Counted from the first letter of the stretch, positions 28,559 through 38,290 are shown. The stretch: DNA of 64,000 bases from Candidatus Binatia bacterium (GCA_963664395.2 OY761159.2:736001-800000), one strand, 5' to 3'. The notes: generated from the letters alone by a model not told the origin. Made by a program: numbers and translations.

Positions 28559-29671
28559 ATGTCTTCCCAGCCAGCTAGCGACCTCGACCAAGTCCGCACC
28601 TACTTCCGTAACTTCGGCCTGAAACAGGCACCGGAAAACGGCTCGCCCCTCTATCACGCCTTATCGTTAGGCGTGCTGGATGACCCCGACATGCTGCGCC
28701 TTGCCGCAAGCTGTCCGCCCTCGCAACCGTCGGCCAACCTGCTGTTCGGCGCGGTGCATTATCTCCTACTGGGCGGAGTCCAGCATCCCTTGCGTGATTT
28801 CTACCCAGACGTAGTTGCTTCAGAAAAAATGCCGCGCCCACCCGCCCAGGAGACCTATCCACTGTTTCAAGACTTTGTCCGGCAGCACACCCAGACCATC
28901 GGACGGCTCATCACAAGCCGTTTGGTCCAAACCAACGTCGTCCGCCGCACGACCTGTCTCCTGCCGGTCTTTGCTCAGTTGGCGCGAGAGGCCGGGAGTC
29001 AGCCACTCTCGATGATCGAGGTCGGCAGCAGTGCCGGCCTGAACCTGCATTGGGACCGCTATTACCATCGCTATGAGTATCCGTCCGGTACAAGCATAGC
29101 GTGGGGAGCCAGGGACTCAGCCGTTCAGCTCTCAACACAGGTCAGAGGAACAGTCCCCCTCCCTACCCTGCCTGAATATCTCAGAATCGCCTGGCGCGCG
29201 GGGATCGACCTCAACCCTATCGACGTGACTGACGCGGATGCCATGCGCTGGCTGCGGGCGCTTATTTTTCCCGAACATCTGGAACGTCACCAGGAAATTG
29301 AAGCCGCGGCCCGCGTCGCCCGCGCTCATCCGGTTCCGATTGTGACAGGCGATGCCCTGACGCACTTGCCAGACCTGTTGTCCCAAGCCCCCCAGGATTC
29401 ACGCCTGTGTCTGTACGCATCTATGGTACTCTACCAATTCTCCCCTGAAGCCCGCAAAGATTTGTGGAGGATGTTAGCCGCATTCTCAGCAACCCGACCC
29501 GTCTCCGTCGTCATTCTGGACGGCGTCCCCGAAGGCTGGGCCCAACTCCTCATCAGAGACTTCAAAAACGGTCGCTATACCAAACGCCACATGGCCGCTG
29601 CCCATGCCCACGGGCGTTGGCTGGAGTGGCGGGAAAGCGGAGAACAGACCGAGACGCCGGCGGTCGGATGA
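28559..29671 (+). CDS. DUF2332-family protein (SAM-methyltransferase-like fold)
   Basis: SPLY..L, LLFGAVH.LLL, QTN.V.R, IEVGSSAGLNL.WD, GIDLNPID and HAHG.W motifs. Confidence 0.85.
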   Translation: MSSQPASDLDQVRTYFRNFGLKQAPENGSPLYHALSLGVLDDPDMLRLAASCPPSQPSANLLFGAVHYLLLGGVQHPLRDFYPDVVASEKMPRPPAQETYPLFQDFVRQHTQTIGRLITSRLVQTNVVRRTTCLLPVFAQLAREAGSQPLSMIEVGSSAGLNLHWDRYYHRYEYPSGTSIAWGARDSAVQLSTQVRGTVPLPTLPEYLRIAWRAGIDLNPIDVTDADAMRWLRALIFPEHLERHQEIEAAARVARAHPVPIVTGDALTHLPDLLSQAPQDSRLCLYASMVLYQFSPEARKDLWRMLAAFSATRPVSVVILDGVPEGWAQLLIRDFKNGRYTKRHMAAAHAHGRWLEWRESGEQTETPAVG

Positions 29672-29689
29672 GCGGAACGTAACCCGACA
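29662..29689. repeat. Degenerate single GTAG-family REP copy overlapping the DUF2332 stop codon
   Basis: ggtcggatgagcggaacgtaacccgaca resembles the REP at 22654-22684. Confidence 0.65.
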
Positions 29690-29750
29690 ACATCCGGCTT
29701 CATTATACGGTACGCTCACAAGCAATGGGCTCCTTCTACTCTATGAGGCT

Positions 29751-30050
29751 CTACGCTGCCCGAGAGAAGGTCACCTTGGCCCGGTATCCTAAGCTTGCCA
29801 GGACACGCAACATCAAATCCGTAGAAACGTCTTTGGTATTACGGTTAAGAATAGCCGTAATTCGCGAACGAGACGTCCGCGCCAGCTTAGCGACCTGAAC
29901 ATGAGTGAGTCCTGCCTTCCGGACAGCATCAATGATCTTGTCGTTCAGATCACTCCTGAGCTGTATTTCCACGCCAGTGGCTGGAGAAAGACCAAGCACC
30001 CTGGCAAGCTCAGCGGCATCTTTTACGACAATCGGTTTAGACCTTCTCAT
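29751..30050 (-). CDS. XRE-family HTH antitoxin (HigA-like)
   Basis: LTH.QVA.LA.TSRSRITAILN..T..VS.DL..RVL..LG motif; downstream of a RelE/Gp49 toxin. Confidence 0.85.
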   Translation of the reverse strand: MRRSKPIVVKDAAELARVLGLSPATGVEIQLRSDLNDKIIDAVRKAGLTHVQVAKLARTSRSRITAILNRNTKDVSTDLMLRVLASLGYRAKVTFSRAA

Positions 30051-30369
30051 CAAGCATTTCCTTTATCCGCTTCCGGCCAAGTCCGATATCTTGCAACGAT
30101 GTTTTCTGAGTCTTCTTAACGAAAGCGTAAAAGATCAACACACCACGATCTGATTTAGCGTAATAAAGCGTTCTGTAGATTCCAGCACGATCCCTCATTC
30201 TTAATTCCTCTACTCCAGCGGCAATAGACGGCATTGGTCGGGAGAGCGGCAGGCTTAACGCATGACCTTTCTGCAAATCGAGGATAGCCTTCCCTAGCTC
30301 CCTTCTTACCCCTTCTGGAAAAGCTCGGATCTCGTCCCGAGCTTTCGGATGGAAAAGAGCCGGTTTCAC
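30037..30369 (-). CDS. RelE/ParE (Gp49/HigB-like) toxin
   Basis: GVEELR.RD..GIYR..Y and AF.KKTQKT motifs; GTG start. Confidence 0.88.
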   Translation of the reverse strand: MKPALFHPKARDEIRAFPEGVRRELGKAILDLQKGHALSLPLSRPMPSIAAGVEELRMRDRAGIYRTLYYAKSDRGVLIFYAFVKKTQKTSLQDIGLGRKRIKEMLDEKV

Positions 30370-30377
30370 GGAACTGA

Positions 30378-30405
30378 ATGTCCCATATATGAGACATATT
30401 ATCAA
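30378..30405 (-). promoter_or_regulatory. HigBA promoter with a 20-bp palindromic operator
   Basis: Near-perfect palindrome atgtcccata|tatgagacat within TTGATA-17bp-GACATT, just upstream of the GTG. Confidence 0.65.
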
Positions 30406-30527
30406 TAACTGTACAGAAACCCAAGAAGTGCAGAGATGACAGTAAAGGAAGGAAGGGTTGGTGGATACTTCTGCATGGCAGCATCGAGGTCCATCAGCTC
30501 AGCGACCTCCCGATCAATCTCAGCCTG

Positions 30528-31022
30528 ATGGTCGTCCATACGAGGCTTATTGCTTTTCCATCGCTCGATTCTCATCAATTAACTGCCCTACGGGCGGAGC
30601 TTCAACCTTCCCGTTTGAGCTTCATCGAGGGCGTACCACCGGCTTCCCACAATCACTGGCGACGTGAAGCAATCGCTAAGGCAAATGGTCTCCATGAGCT
30701 TCAGGCTGATCAGGCTGAAACGCATCAGACCTGTACGCTTGATTATCGGGAAACTCTAGCTGAACTTCTCAGGATTTATGCTGAACATGGTATCTATGAG
30801 CGTTTGGTAATTTCGCCAACAGGCAGTAAAATGCAGGCTGTTGCTGTTGGTCTCTTACGGTCTTTTATGGAGGATATTCAAATTGTATATCCCACCCCGC
30901 GCGATTTTCTTAAGCCAGAAAGATATACGGACGGAGTCGGCAAGATGCATCTCTTAGCACCAGAACCTTTTGCGGTTAATAATTTTTCTGGCAGAGCAGC
31001 TGCACCTACTTCAGCGACATAG
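30528..31022 (+). pseudogene. 5'-truncated remnant of a CARF-like Rossmann-domain protein
   Basis: LVISPTGSKMQAVAV...IQIVYPTP....Y..G.G resembles the CARF strand-loop-helix motif. There is no RBS and the ORF appears to start mid-domain. Confidence 0.5.
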
Positions 31023-31523
31023 CCGCAGCGAATCTTCGAGGGCAACCCCCGCCCCTCCGCTCCTACTCCTCCAGTTCAAGCCGGGCAGTCATCGGGTGTG
31101 AGAAATATCGTATATACAGGTCAGACCAATGCTTCTCCGCCTCGGCTATCTCAGGGGTTTGGATGACCCGTACATGGTCGAACCGCTGTCCCACTATCTT
31201 GATAGAGAAATCGGGCTTCCAGTGTAGATTCATTGCTAAACCGCCCCCAGCCTTGCCCCTCAGCTGCCGAAGCACTGAGACTCAACCCAACGAGGACTAT
31301 TAAAAACCCCCAAAGCCTTAGCCGCTGATGTGTAAAAAGTCGTATACTCCTTCCCTACAGTGCGTCATATCCGCAACAGTCTTGCCGATTTACATGAAAT
31401 TCAGCACCGTGACTGTATATTTTCACGCATATTGAGGTCGAAGTGATCCCAATCGAAGCTCGTCCTGTTTCCAATGCTGCTACGGCTCATCGCAGGGTGA
31501 GTTGATGACGAGAGAGGTTCGTG

Positions 31524-32096
31524 TCATGGAATTGTCTCAGGTTGTAACATATCGCTAATAGAGAGAAATGGCGTTTCCGCGAAGGTCGTAACATTGATTG
31601 ACTTGTACGTTTCTTGTTCTCCTTCCTCGGGAATGAGAACCCCTTGCTTGGCGAGCATTGCGCTCAGTTGATCTGCTATAAGGACATATCGAAGCGTCAG
31701 ATCAGCCTTCCAGTCGCTAAAATCGCGTTCGGCTTCAATTTCACACACAGAAAACAGGTATTTCAAAATCGGCAGTGAGCGTAATAATTGCTCCCTGGGC
31801 TTTTCCTCTCCTCTCAACGTCTTTTTCAACTCGACAAAGACAGCGTAAGCTTTACCATCTGATCGACCAATCAGCAGATAGTCACAAATTTGCTTCCACC
31901 CCCCGTCTTTCAAAGCAGACAGGTGGCTGAGCTTGTTCAGGCGTATCGCCAGAAAAGGCTTGGAAATCCCTGTGACCTCAACCTTCATCTTTGCCTGTGC
32001 ATCACGCTCTTTGAGGATGACAGCATCATCCGTTTCTTCTAACCGCTCAATACAATGCTGCTTCAGAATAGTCTCCAGTTGAGCAATCAACTCCAC
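31524..32096 (-). CDS. Putative PD-(D/E)xK nuclease-fold protein
   Basis: ICDYLLI...AVFVELK and EQL..S motifs; GTG start 1 nt after the ATPase stop. Confidence 0.6.
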   Translation of the reverse strand: MELIAQLETILKQHCIERLEETDDAVILKERDAQAKMKVEVTGISKPFLAIRLNKLSHLSALKDGGWKQICDYLLIGRSDGKAYAVFVELKKTLRGEEKPREQLLRSLPILKYLFSVCEIEAERDFSDWKADLTLRYVLIADQLSAMLAKQGVLIPEEGEQETYKSINVTTFAETPFLSISDMLQPETIP

Positions 32097-32097
32097 C

Positions 32098-33468
32098 TCA
32101 CTTTTCCCCCTTATGCTTCAGTCGGAATCCGAGTTCATTGGAAACCTTATTGATCTCGTGAATCGTCGTGTCAAAGACCGGCATATCAATGCCGTATTTT
32201 TCAATCGTACACCGGGTCAGGCTGTTGTTTTCCGCTACATATGCCCGAACCGAATCGGGTTTCAGAAAGTCGTGCTCTGAATACTTGTATTTTTTCAGCA
32301 CCTTGGGTTTGTCTTTGAAGGACTCGCTCAGCATGAGCAGGTTGTTGATTTCCTTGACGATGTAGTCGCTGTGGGTCGTAATCAGGACTTTCAGCCCGGC
32401 GTGTACTGCGTGCGCTAATAGGCGCGTGAACTGAATCTGATTGGCTGTGTCCAGATGGCTTTCCGGCTCGTCTATGATGAGAAGCTGATTCTCCTCCGCG
32501 ACGTGGCGCAGAAAGAAGTATAAATCGGACAGGCCACGGACTGAGGAAGACGCGATATGCAGAGGAATATCAAAGCCGCCTTTCCGTGCCTTTGACTTGA
32601 AGCGGATATCGTCATCGGAGGCCGTATAAGAGCCTCCCAGCATATCTCTAATATCGTTGAACAATTTAGAATCGTATATTTTACTTCGGTTCTTTTTCAA
32701 ATCGGGAATGCTTCTGGTGTAGTCGATATTGTCCTTGATCGGCAGAGCATATCGACTGGCCATCTTGTCGATTATCGAGAATGGAAGGAACCTATCCCTT
32801 TCCCTGTCTTTTCCGATTTCCTGAAGTGCCTCCACCAAGCGATTCTTTGTAAAGTCGAGCTCCTTATAGAAGAGCGAGATGCCAAAACGCTCGGTAGAGA
32901 GAATGAACGGTTCGAGAAATTCTGGAAAAAGAAACGAAAAATAAAAATGTGATAAAGCCAGGGAAAGGAGATTCTTGGGAAGAGGTTTTCTGCCTCCCTT
33001 GATTCTCTCTATAAACATATTACTGCCGATATATTTTAGCGCAAATTCATCTTCCGTAATAAATTCGAGAGTTTTACTCGGTAATTCGAGAAATCTGTCT
33101 TCGATCACGACTTCAATGGACGCGTCTTCAAAGTCATCGGAAGAAGAGCTGAACACTTCCGGCAAGACTTCTTTTGAGAATGCCTGAGCCACTTTAGGAG
33201 TCATTTCTCGACGTATCTCGTTAATCATCTCTTGATTCATGGGCGATATCGCCCGGTCATTTTCTACGACCGTCTTGGCAAGCTCTTCCATTCCCTCTTC
33301 CGCCCCTGGAGGGTGGAGCCGCCCTAACGACCACGCCCTAAGAAACCCATACAACGCATACGCCACATACGTCTTACCGGTGTTATTCCGACCGGCAATG
33401 ATCGTCAGATCGCCCAATTCCAATTCGGCTTCGTTTATGGGGCCGAGATTCTTGAATATGAACTTCAT
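32098..33468 (-). CDS. ABC-type (AAA_15/AAA_21) ATPase
   Basis: FKNLGPI, Walker A GRNNTGKT, signature-like SSSVRG, Walker B IIDEPESHL and H-loop ITTHS; RBS ggag. Confidence 0.88.
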   Translation of the reverse strand: MKFIFKNLGPINEAELELGDLTIIAGRNNTGKTYVAYALYGFLRAWSLGRLHPPGAEEGMEELAKTVVENDRAISPMNQEMINEIRREMTPKVAQAFSKEVLPEVFSSSSDDFEDASIEVVIEDRFLELPSKTLEFITEDEFALKYIGSNMFIERIKGGRKPLPKNLLSLALSHFYFSFLFPEFLEPFILSTERFGISLFYKELDFTKNRLVEALQEIGKDRERDRFLPFSIIDKMASRYALPIKDNIDYTRSIPDLKKNRSKIYDSKLFNDIRDMLGGSYTASDDDIRFKSKARKGGFDIPLHIASSSVRGLSDLYFFLRHVAEENQLLIIDEPESHLDTANQIQFTRLLAHAVHAGLKVLITTHSDYIVKEINNLLMLSESFKDKPKVLKKYKYSEHDFLKPDSVRAYVAENNSLTRCTIEKYGIDMPVFDTTIHEINKVSNELGFRLKHKGEK

Positions 33469-33518
33469 GGTGGTATCTCCACGGTGTAGTTTGCGTGTTT
33501 CCCTCTCTCTAAGGAAGA

Positions 33519-33552
33519 CCCTCACCCTAGCCCTCTCCCAGAGGAAGAGGGG
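33519..33552. repeat. REP-like palindrome (CCCTCACCCTAGCCCTCTCCC family)
   Basis: ccctcaccctagccctctcccagaggaagagggg, at the right boundary of the low-GC islet. Confidence 0.7.
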
Positions 33553-33651
33553 ATAGGAGCCTAGTTTCAATCTACCGAGCGTACAGAACAAGCTTCTCTC
33601 TTGGCCCCAGCGACCCAAGATGCTATGGCCCAAGAAAAAGGAGGATACTGT

Positions 33652-34044
33652 ATGAGCGCATCTGACGCGGCCTCAGCGGCACGAGTGGCTACGAGTTCGT
33701 ACGCCGAAGCCGACCCGCAACTGTACGCCTTTCTCGACTGGATGGAGCAGCAAGACCCCGACTATGCCAAGGCGTTCCGAGCCTATGGCGAGAAGGGCAC
33801 CGGCGAGGGTCAGGCCCTTGCGGTCAAATACCGTGAAATGGTCATGACCGCCATTCTGGTGTTCGCGGGCCGCAAGGAAGGAGCCGTGGCCCATCTCAAA
33901 CGGGCCATCGAACACGGAGCCACAAAGCGTGAACTGTTCGAGGCCGGCCAATCCGCGGCCATTCCCGGCGGCGGCATCACCTTGGGCCTGTGGATGCAAA
34001 TCCTCACCCAACTCGATAGCGAAGGCGCTTTTATCAACGGCTAG
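33652..34044 (+). CDS. Carboxymuconolactone decarboxylase-family protein
   Basis: L..KYRE.V..AIL and HLKRAIEHGATKREL.E motifs; RBS aggagg. Confidence 0.8.
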   Translation: MSASDAASAARVATSSYAEADPQLYAFLDWMEQQDPDYAKAFRAYGEKGTGEGQALAVKYREMVMTAILVFAGRKEGAVAHLKRAIEHGATKRELFEAGQSAAIPGGGITLGLWMQILTQLDSEGAFING

Positions 34045-34060
34045 GTAAGGAGGGAGTCCT

Positions 34061-34576
34061 ATGGCACAAGCAGTGACAGCACCGTCCGAGCCGGTCCACC
34101 CCCAGACCCGCATCGGCCATATTCATCTGACGGTGACCGACCTGGAGCGCTCCTTAGCCTTTTACCGCGATCTGTTGGGCTTTGAGGAGACCATGCGTTA
34201 CAAGGATTCGGCCGTGTTTCTGTCCGCCGGCGGCTATCATCACCACCTGGCGCTGAATACCTGGGCCGGACCGGAGGCCAGCCCACCCCCGCCCGGACAT
34301 ACCGGGCTGTACCACTTTGCCATTCTCTACCCCAGCCGTCGGGAACTGGCCCGGGCGGTAAAGGCGCTGCAACAGGCTGACTACCCGCTGCAAAATACCT
34401 CCGACCACGGCGTATCCGAGTCCGTCTACCTGGCTGACCCGGACGGCAATGGGGTGGAACTGTCGGTTGACCGGCCGCCCGAGACCTGGCCCCGCGACAC
34501 GCAGGGCAATATTCAGGCCGGTCGCGGGAAGGTAGACCTGGACGCCTTACTGGCCGAGCTGGAAGAAAGGGCCTAG
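34061..34576 (+). CDS. VOC/glyoxalase-family protein (catechol 2,3-dioxygenase-like)
   Basis: IGHIHL.V.DLERS..FY, GGYHHHLALN.W, GLYHFAI and DHGVSES.YL.DPDGNGVEL motifs. Confidence 0.88.
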   Translation: MAQAVTAPSEPVHPQTRIGHIHLTVTDLERSLAFYRDLLGFEETMRYKDSAVFLSAGGYHHHLALNTWAGPEASPPPPGHTGLYHFAILYPSRRELARAVKALQQADYPLQNTSDHGVSESVYLADPDGNGVELSVDRPPETWPRDTQGNIQAGRGKVDLDALLAELEERA

Positions 34577-34578
34577 GC

Positions 34579-35766
34579 ATGGATTTCAAATTCAGCCCGG
34601 AAGACGAAGCCTTTCGGCAGGAATGCAGAAGCTGGCTCGAACACAACATCCCCCACGACTGGCGGGACGACGAGGAATTACACGACCCCGACACCAGGGA
34701 AGAATTCGAGCGTCGCCGTGCCTGGCATCGTCAGTTATATGACGACGGCTGGATGTGTATTCACTGGCCCCAAGAGTATGGCGGACGCGGCGCCAGCCTC
34801 ATCCAGCAAGTCATTTACAATCAGGAACTCGACCGCGCCAAGGCGCCGCCCACGGTCAATTTTCAGGGCATCGCGCGGGTGGGACCGACGCTGATGCAGT
34901 GGGGCACGCCGGAACAGAAGCAGCGCTATATCCCCAGGATTCCGCCGGCTGAAGAAATCTGGTGCCAGGGCCTGTCCGAGCCCGACCACGGCTCCGACCT
35001 GGCCGCGGTGGAGACGCGGGCGGTTGACCGGGGCGACCACTTCCTGGTCAACGGTTCCAAGGTCTGGACCTCCAACGCTCACCGCGCCGACTTCACCACC
35101 CTGCTGTGTCGGACCGATCCCGACGCGCCCAAGCATAAGGGCCTCAGCTATCTGCTGGTCGATATGAAAAGCCCCGGCATCACCGTGCGGCCGCTGGTCC
35201 AGATGACCGGCGAGAGCGGCTTCAACCAGGTGTTTTTTGATGATGTCCAGGTCCCGATGGCCAATCTCGTCGGCGAGAAGAACCGGGGCTGGATGGTCGC
35301 CATGACCAATATGATGTTCGAGCGCACGATACACGGCGGGCGCACCGACATGATGGTCGAGGTCAGACAGCTCACCGAACTGGCAAAAAAAGTAGACCGG
35401 GGCGGTCGCCCGGCCTGGCAGGATAGCTATGTGCGGCAACGCCTGGCCGGCTTCGCCTGCGAGGCCGCCGCGCTCAAGTACACCAGTTTCCGGCAGCTCA
35501 CCAGCCAGCTCAAAGGGCTGCCGCCCGGGCCGGAAGGCTCGATGATGAAGCTCGGCACGAGCGGCCTGAACCTGCGCATGCAGGACTTTGCCATGGAGCT
35601 GCTGGGCCCCTATAGCCAGCTCGAATATCAGGCCAGCGGCGCTATTGACCGCGGCAAATGGTCACATCGCATGCTGGCGGCGCGGCGCGGCACCATCGCG
35701 GCCGGGACCAATGAAATTCAGCACAACATCATCGGCGAGCGGGTGCTCGGGCTGCCCAAGGGCTGA
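34579..35766 (+). CDS. Acyl-CoA dehydrogenase-family protein
   Basis: WCQGLSEP.HGSDLA, NGSK.WTS, FNQVFFDDV and GTNEIQ.NIIGERVLGLP motifs. Confidence 0.9.
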   Translation: MDFKFSPEDEAFRQECRSWLEHNIPHDWRDDEELHDPDTREEFERRRAWHRQLYDDGWMCIHWPQEYGGRGASLIQQVIYNQELDRAKAPPTVNFQGIARVGPTLMQWGTPEQKQRYIPRIPPAEEIWCQGLSEPDHGSDLAAVETRAVDRGDHFLVNGSKVWTSNAHRADFTTLLCRTDPDAPKHKGLSYLLVDMKSPGITVRPLVQMTGESGFNQVFFDDVQVPMANLVGEKNRGWMVAMTNMMFERTIHGGRTDMMVEVRQLTELAKKVDRGGRPAWQDSYVRQRLAGFACEAAALKYTSFRQLTSQLKGLPPGPEGSMMKLGTSGLNLRMQDFAMELLGPYSQLEYQASGAIDRGKWSHRMLAARRGTIAAGTNEIQHNIIGERVLGLPKG

Positions 35767-35856
35767 CTTGCCCCCTACTCCCGTGATGACAGAGGTGATA
35801 CCACACAACAGCCTGAGCAGCGATGAAAAAGCAGCACAAATCGGAGGGAGCTGACT

Positions 35857-36975
35857 ATGCGTGACGGATATAAAATTGTTGATACCGATTCTCATATGAT
35901 GGAGCCGGACTGGCTGTGGGAGCGGCATATGGAAGACGCGTATAAGTCCGAGGCGCCCCGGATGGGTGATGCGCCAGGGTCGGGACGCCGCACCTTTCTG
36001 GTTGAAGGCGAGTCGTTTACGCGCGAAAAGGGCAAATACCCGATGGCCGCCAAGGCGTTTCTGAAGGCGGCGTATAAGGCCATGGATCGCTTTGAGCGCG
36101 CCAAAGACACCGGCTTTAGCGCCAAAAGCCGGATCATGGACATGGACGAGCAAGGCGTAGATGTCCAGATTCTCTACCCGACCTATACCGGCCAGATGCT
36201 TGGCCGCGAGTTCCGCGACACCAAACTGCTGGCGGCCTGCTGCCGGGCCTATAATAACTGGGCCGCCGACTACACCTCCGAAGCGCCCGAGCGCCTGCGC
36301 TGGGCCGCGGCCCTGCCCATGCAGGAGCCGGAGGAGGCGATCAAAGAGGCCGAACGCGCCGCGGCAAACGGCTGCGTCAGTTATTATATGCGGCCCAACC
36401 CGGTCGGCGGCCGCACCCTGTGGCATGAGGACTATCATCCGCTGTGGGCAACCATCGAAAGGCTGGGCCGCCCGCTCTCAACCCATGACTCGGCTTCGGC
36501 CTCGGTGCCCTCGTTTGGCGATCGCATGGACACGCATACCAGCGGCCATATTTTATCCCATCCGTTTGAGGCCATGGCGGCCATGGCCGGTCTGATCTGG
36601 TTCGGTATCTTTGAAAAATTCCCCCAACTCAAAGTCATCCACGTTGAGGGCGACGGCGGCTGGACCCCGTACTGGCTGCAACGCATGGAGCAGCACTGGG
36701 AATTCAGCGGCAACGCTGAACATGAATATCTCACCCGGCCGCCGACGGAGTATTTTCGCAGCAATGTCTGCGTGGGCTTCCGGGGCGACGAGCCGACCAT
36801 GAAAGCCGCGGTCGAGCTGGTCGGCGACGATAATTTTACCTGGGACTCCGACTATCCACACCCGGACGGCACCTATCCCTGGGGCGTGCAAGCCATGCTC
36901 GATCAGCCCATTCCCGAAGAGTCGAAGCGCAAGATGTTCTGGGATAATGGGGCGCGCATTTTTAATTTAGCGTAG
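35857..36975 (+). CDS. Amidohydrolase_2 family protein
   Basis: VDTDSHMMEP, MDEQGVD..ILYPT and WDSDYPHPD motifs. Confidence 0.88.
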   Translation: MRDGYKIVDTDSHMMEPDWLWERHMEDAYKSEAPRMGDAPGSGRRTFLVEGESFTREKGKYPMAAKAFLKAAYKAMDRFERAKDTGFSAKSRIMDMDEQGVDVQILYPTYTGQMLGREFRDTKLLAACCRAYNNWAADYTSEAPERLRWAAALPMQEPEEAIKEAERAAANGCVSYYMRPNPVGGRTLWHEDYHPLWATIERLGRPLSTHDSASASVPSFGDRMDTHTSGHILSHPFEAMAAMAGLIWFGIFEKFPQLKVIHVEGDGGWTPYWLQRMEQHWEFSGNAEHEYLTRPPTEYFRSNVCVGFRGDEPTMKAAVELVGDDNFTWDSDYPHPDGTYPWGVQAMLDQPIPEESKRKMFWDNGARIFNLA

Positions 36976-36997
36976 CGGCTGCTGAGGAGAAATACAC

Positions 36998-37801
36998 ATG
37001 GATTTTAGCGGTAAAGTCGGACTGGTGACGGGCGCGGCCTCGGGCATTGGACGCGCGACCGCACTGGGATTTGCCCAGCGTGGCGGTGCGGTTGCGGTCG
37101 CGGACATCAACGAAGAGAACGCCAACGCGGTGGTTGCCGAGATCACGGCAGCGGGCGGAAGGGCCATGGCGGTTATCGCCGATGTGACCCAACAGGCCGA
37201 CCTCGACCGGATGATTGCGACCACGACGGATGCCTTTGGCCGGCTCGATTTTCTGCATAATAATGCCTTTGGGCTGCCCGCGGCCCGGCCTGACAGTACG
37301 GTCATGGCCCGCACAGCCGACCTGGAAGATCGCGTCTGGGACAATACGATAGACCTGGGTTTGTCGTCGGTCTTTCACGCCATGAAGAAGGCGATTCCGG
37401 TCATGCGCCAGAACGGCGGCGGGGCCATCGTCAACACCGCCTCCATCTCGGGTCTGCGGGCCGATTACGGCATTGCCGCGTATAATGCCGCCAAGGCCGG
37501 CGTGATCAATCTCACCCGGGTGGTTGCCGTTGAGTATGCCCGCCACGGCATTCGGGCGAATTGCATTTGCCCAGGCGTCATCGATACCCCGCTGAATGCG
37601 TCTATGTTGGAACAGCCAGGATTTGCGGCGCGATTCAAGGCGGCTATTCCGCTGGGCCGACTTGGTACGCCGGAAGAAATGGCGAACGTTATTTTGTTCC
37701 TGGCCTCCGACTTGGCCTCGTTTGTGACGGGCGCGGCGTTTGTCGCCGACGGAGGGCAGACGGCAAAGACGGGCAGTCCATCGTTTCTGCCGGAGGGATG
37801 A
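36998..37801 (+). CDS. SDR-family oxidoreductase
   Basis: TGAASGIG, NNA, YNAAK and CPGVIDT motifs. Confidence 0.92.
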   Translation: MDFSGKVGLVTGAASGIGRATALGFAQRGGAVAVADINEENANAVVAEITAAGGRAMAVIADVTQQADLDRMIATTTDAFGRLDFLHNNAFGLPAARPDSTVMARTADLEDRVWDNTIDLGLSSVFHAMKKAIPVMRQNGGGAIVNTASISGLRADYGIAAYNAAKAGVINLTRVVAVEYARHGIRANCICPGVIDTPLNASMLEQPGFAARFKAAIPLGRLGTPEEMANVILFLASDLASFVTGAAFVADGGQTAKTGSPSFLPEG

Positions 37802-37852
37802 AAAAGCCCTGGCCCTCGCCCAAAAAAGGAAGGAATAAAAAAGGAGGACAAC

Positions 37853-38290
37853 ATGGCAGACAAGAGTATTGAGGCGCAGATGCAGGACATGATAGACCGC
37901 GAGGCGATTCGCAACCTGCCCTTGCAGTATTGTCACTGCGTGTGGCAACAGGATTTGGACGGGTACGTCAATCTCTTTACCGCAGACGGCTCGTTCTCGA
38001 TCGACGACCCCAGCCTGCCGGGCGCACAGGGCCACGCTGGCTTGCGCACCATGATCCAGGGTGGCCTGGCGATGCAGCCCCGGCCCTTCATCCATAACCA
38101 CGTCATTGAGCTGAGTGGGCCGGATCAGGCCACGGGGACGTGTTATGTAGAAGTCCACATGAACCGCGAGGGCAAAAAGTGGGAAATGAAGGGCTGGTAT
38201 AACGACGAGTACGCCAAGGTTGACGGCGAGTGGAAGTTCAAGTCGCGCCGGATCACGACCGACTCCTTTGGCCCCAAAGACGCAGCCTAG
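37853..38290 (+). CDS. NTF2/SnoaL-like protein
   Basis: DREAIRNL...Y, LFT.DG, Y.DEY....GEWKF..R motifs. Confidence 0.85.
   Translation: MADKSIEAQMQDMIDREAIRNLPLQYCHCVWQQDLDGYVNLFTADGSFSIDDPSLPGAQGHAGLRTMIQGGLAMQPRPFIHNHVIELSGPDQATGTCYVEVHMNREGKKWEMKGWYNDEYAKVDGEWKFKSRRITTDSFGPKDAA

Noticed and set aside
31063-31275. 70-aa minus-strand ORF in the islet
   Set aside because: No RBS and no recognisable motif; it may be a gene remnant but cannot be supported.
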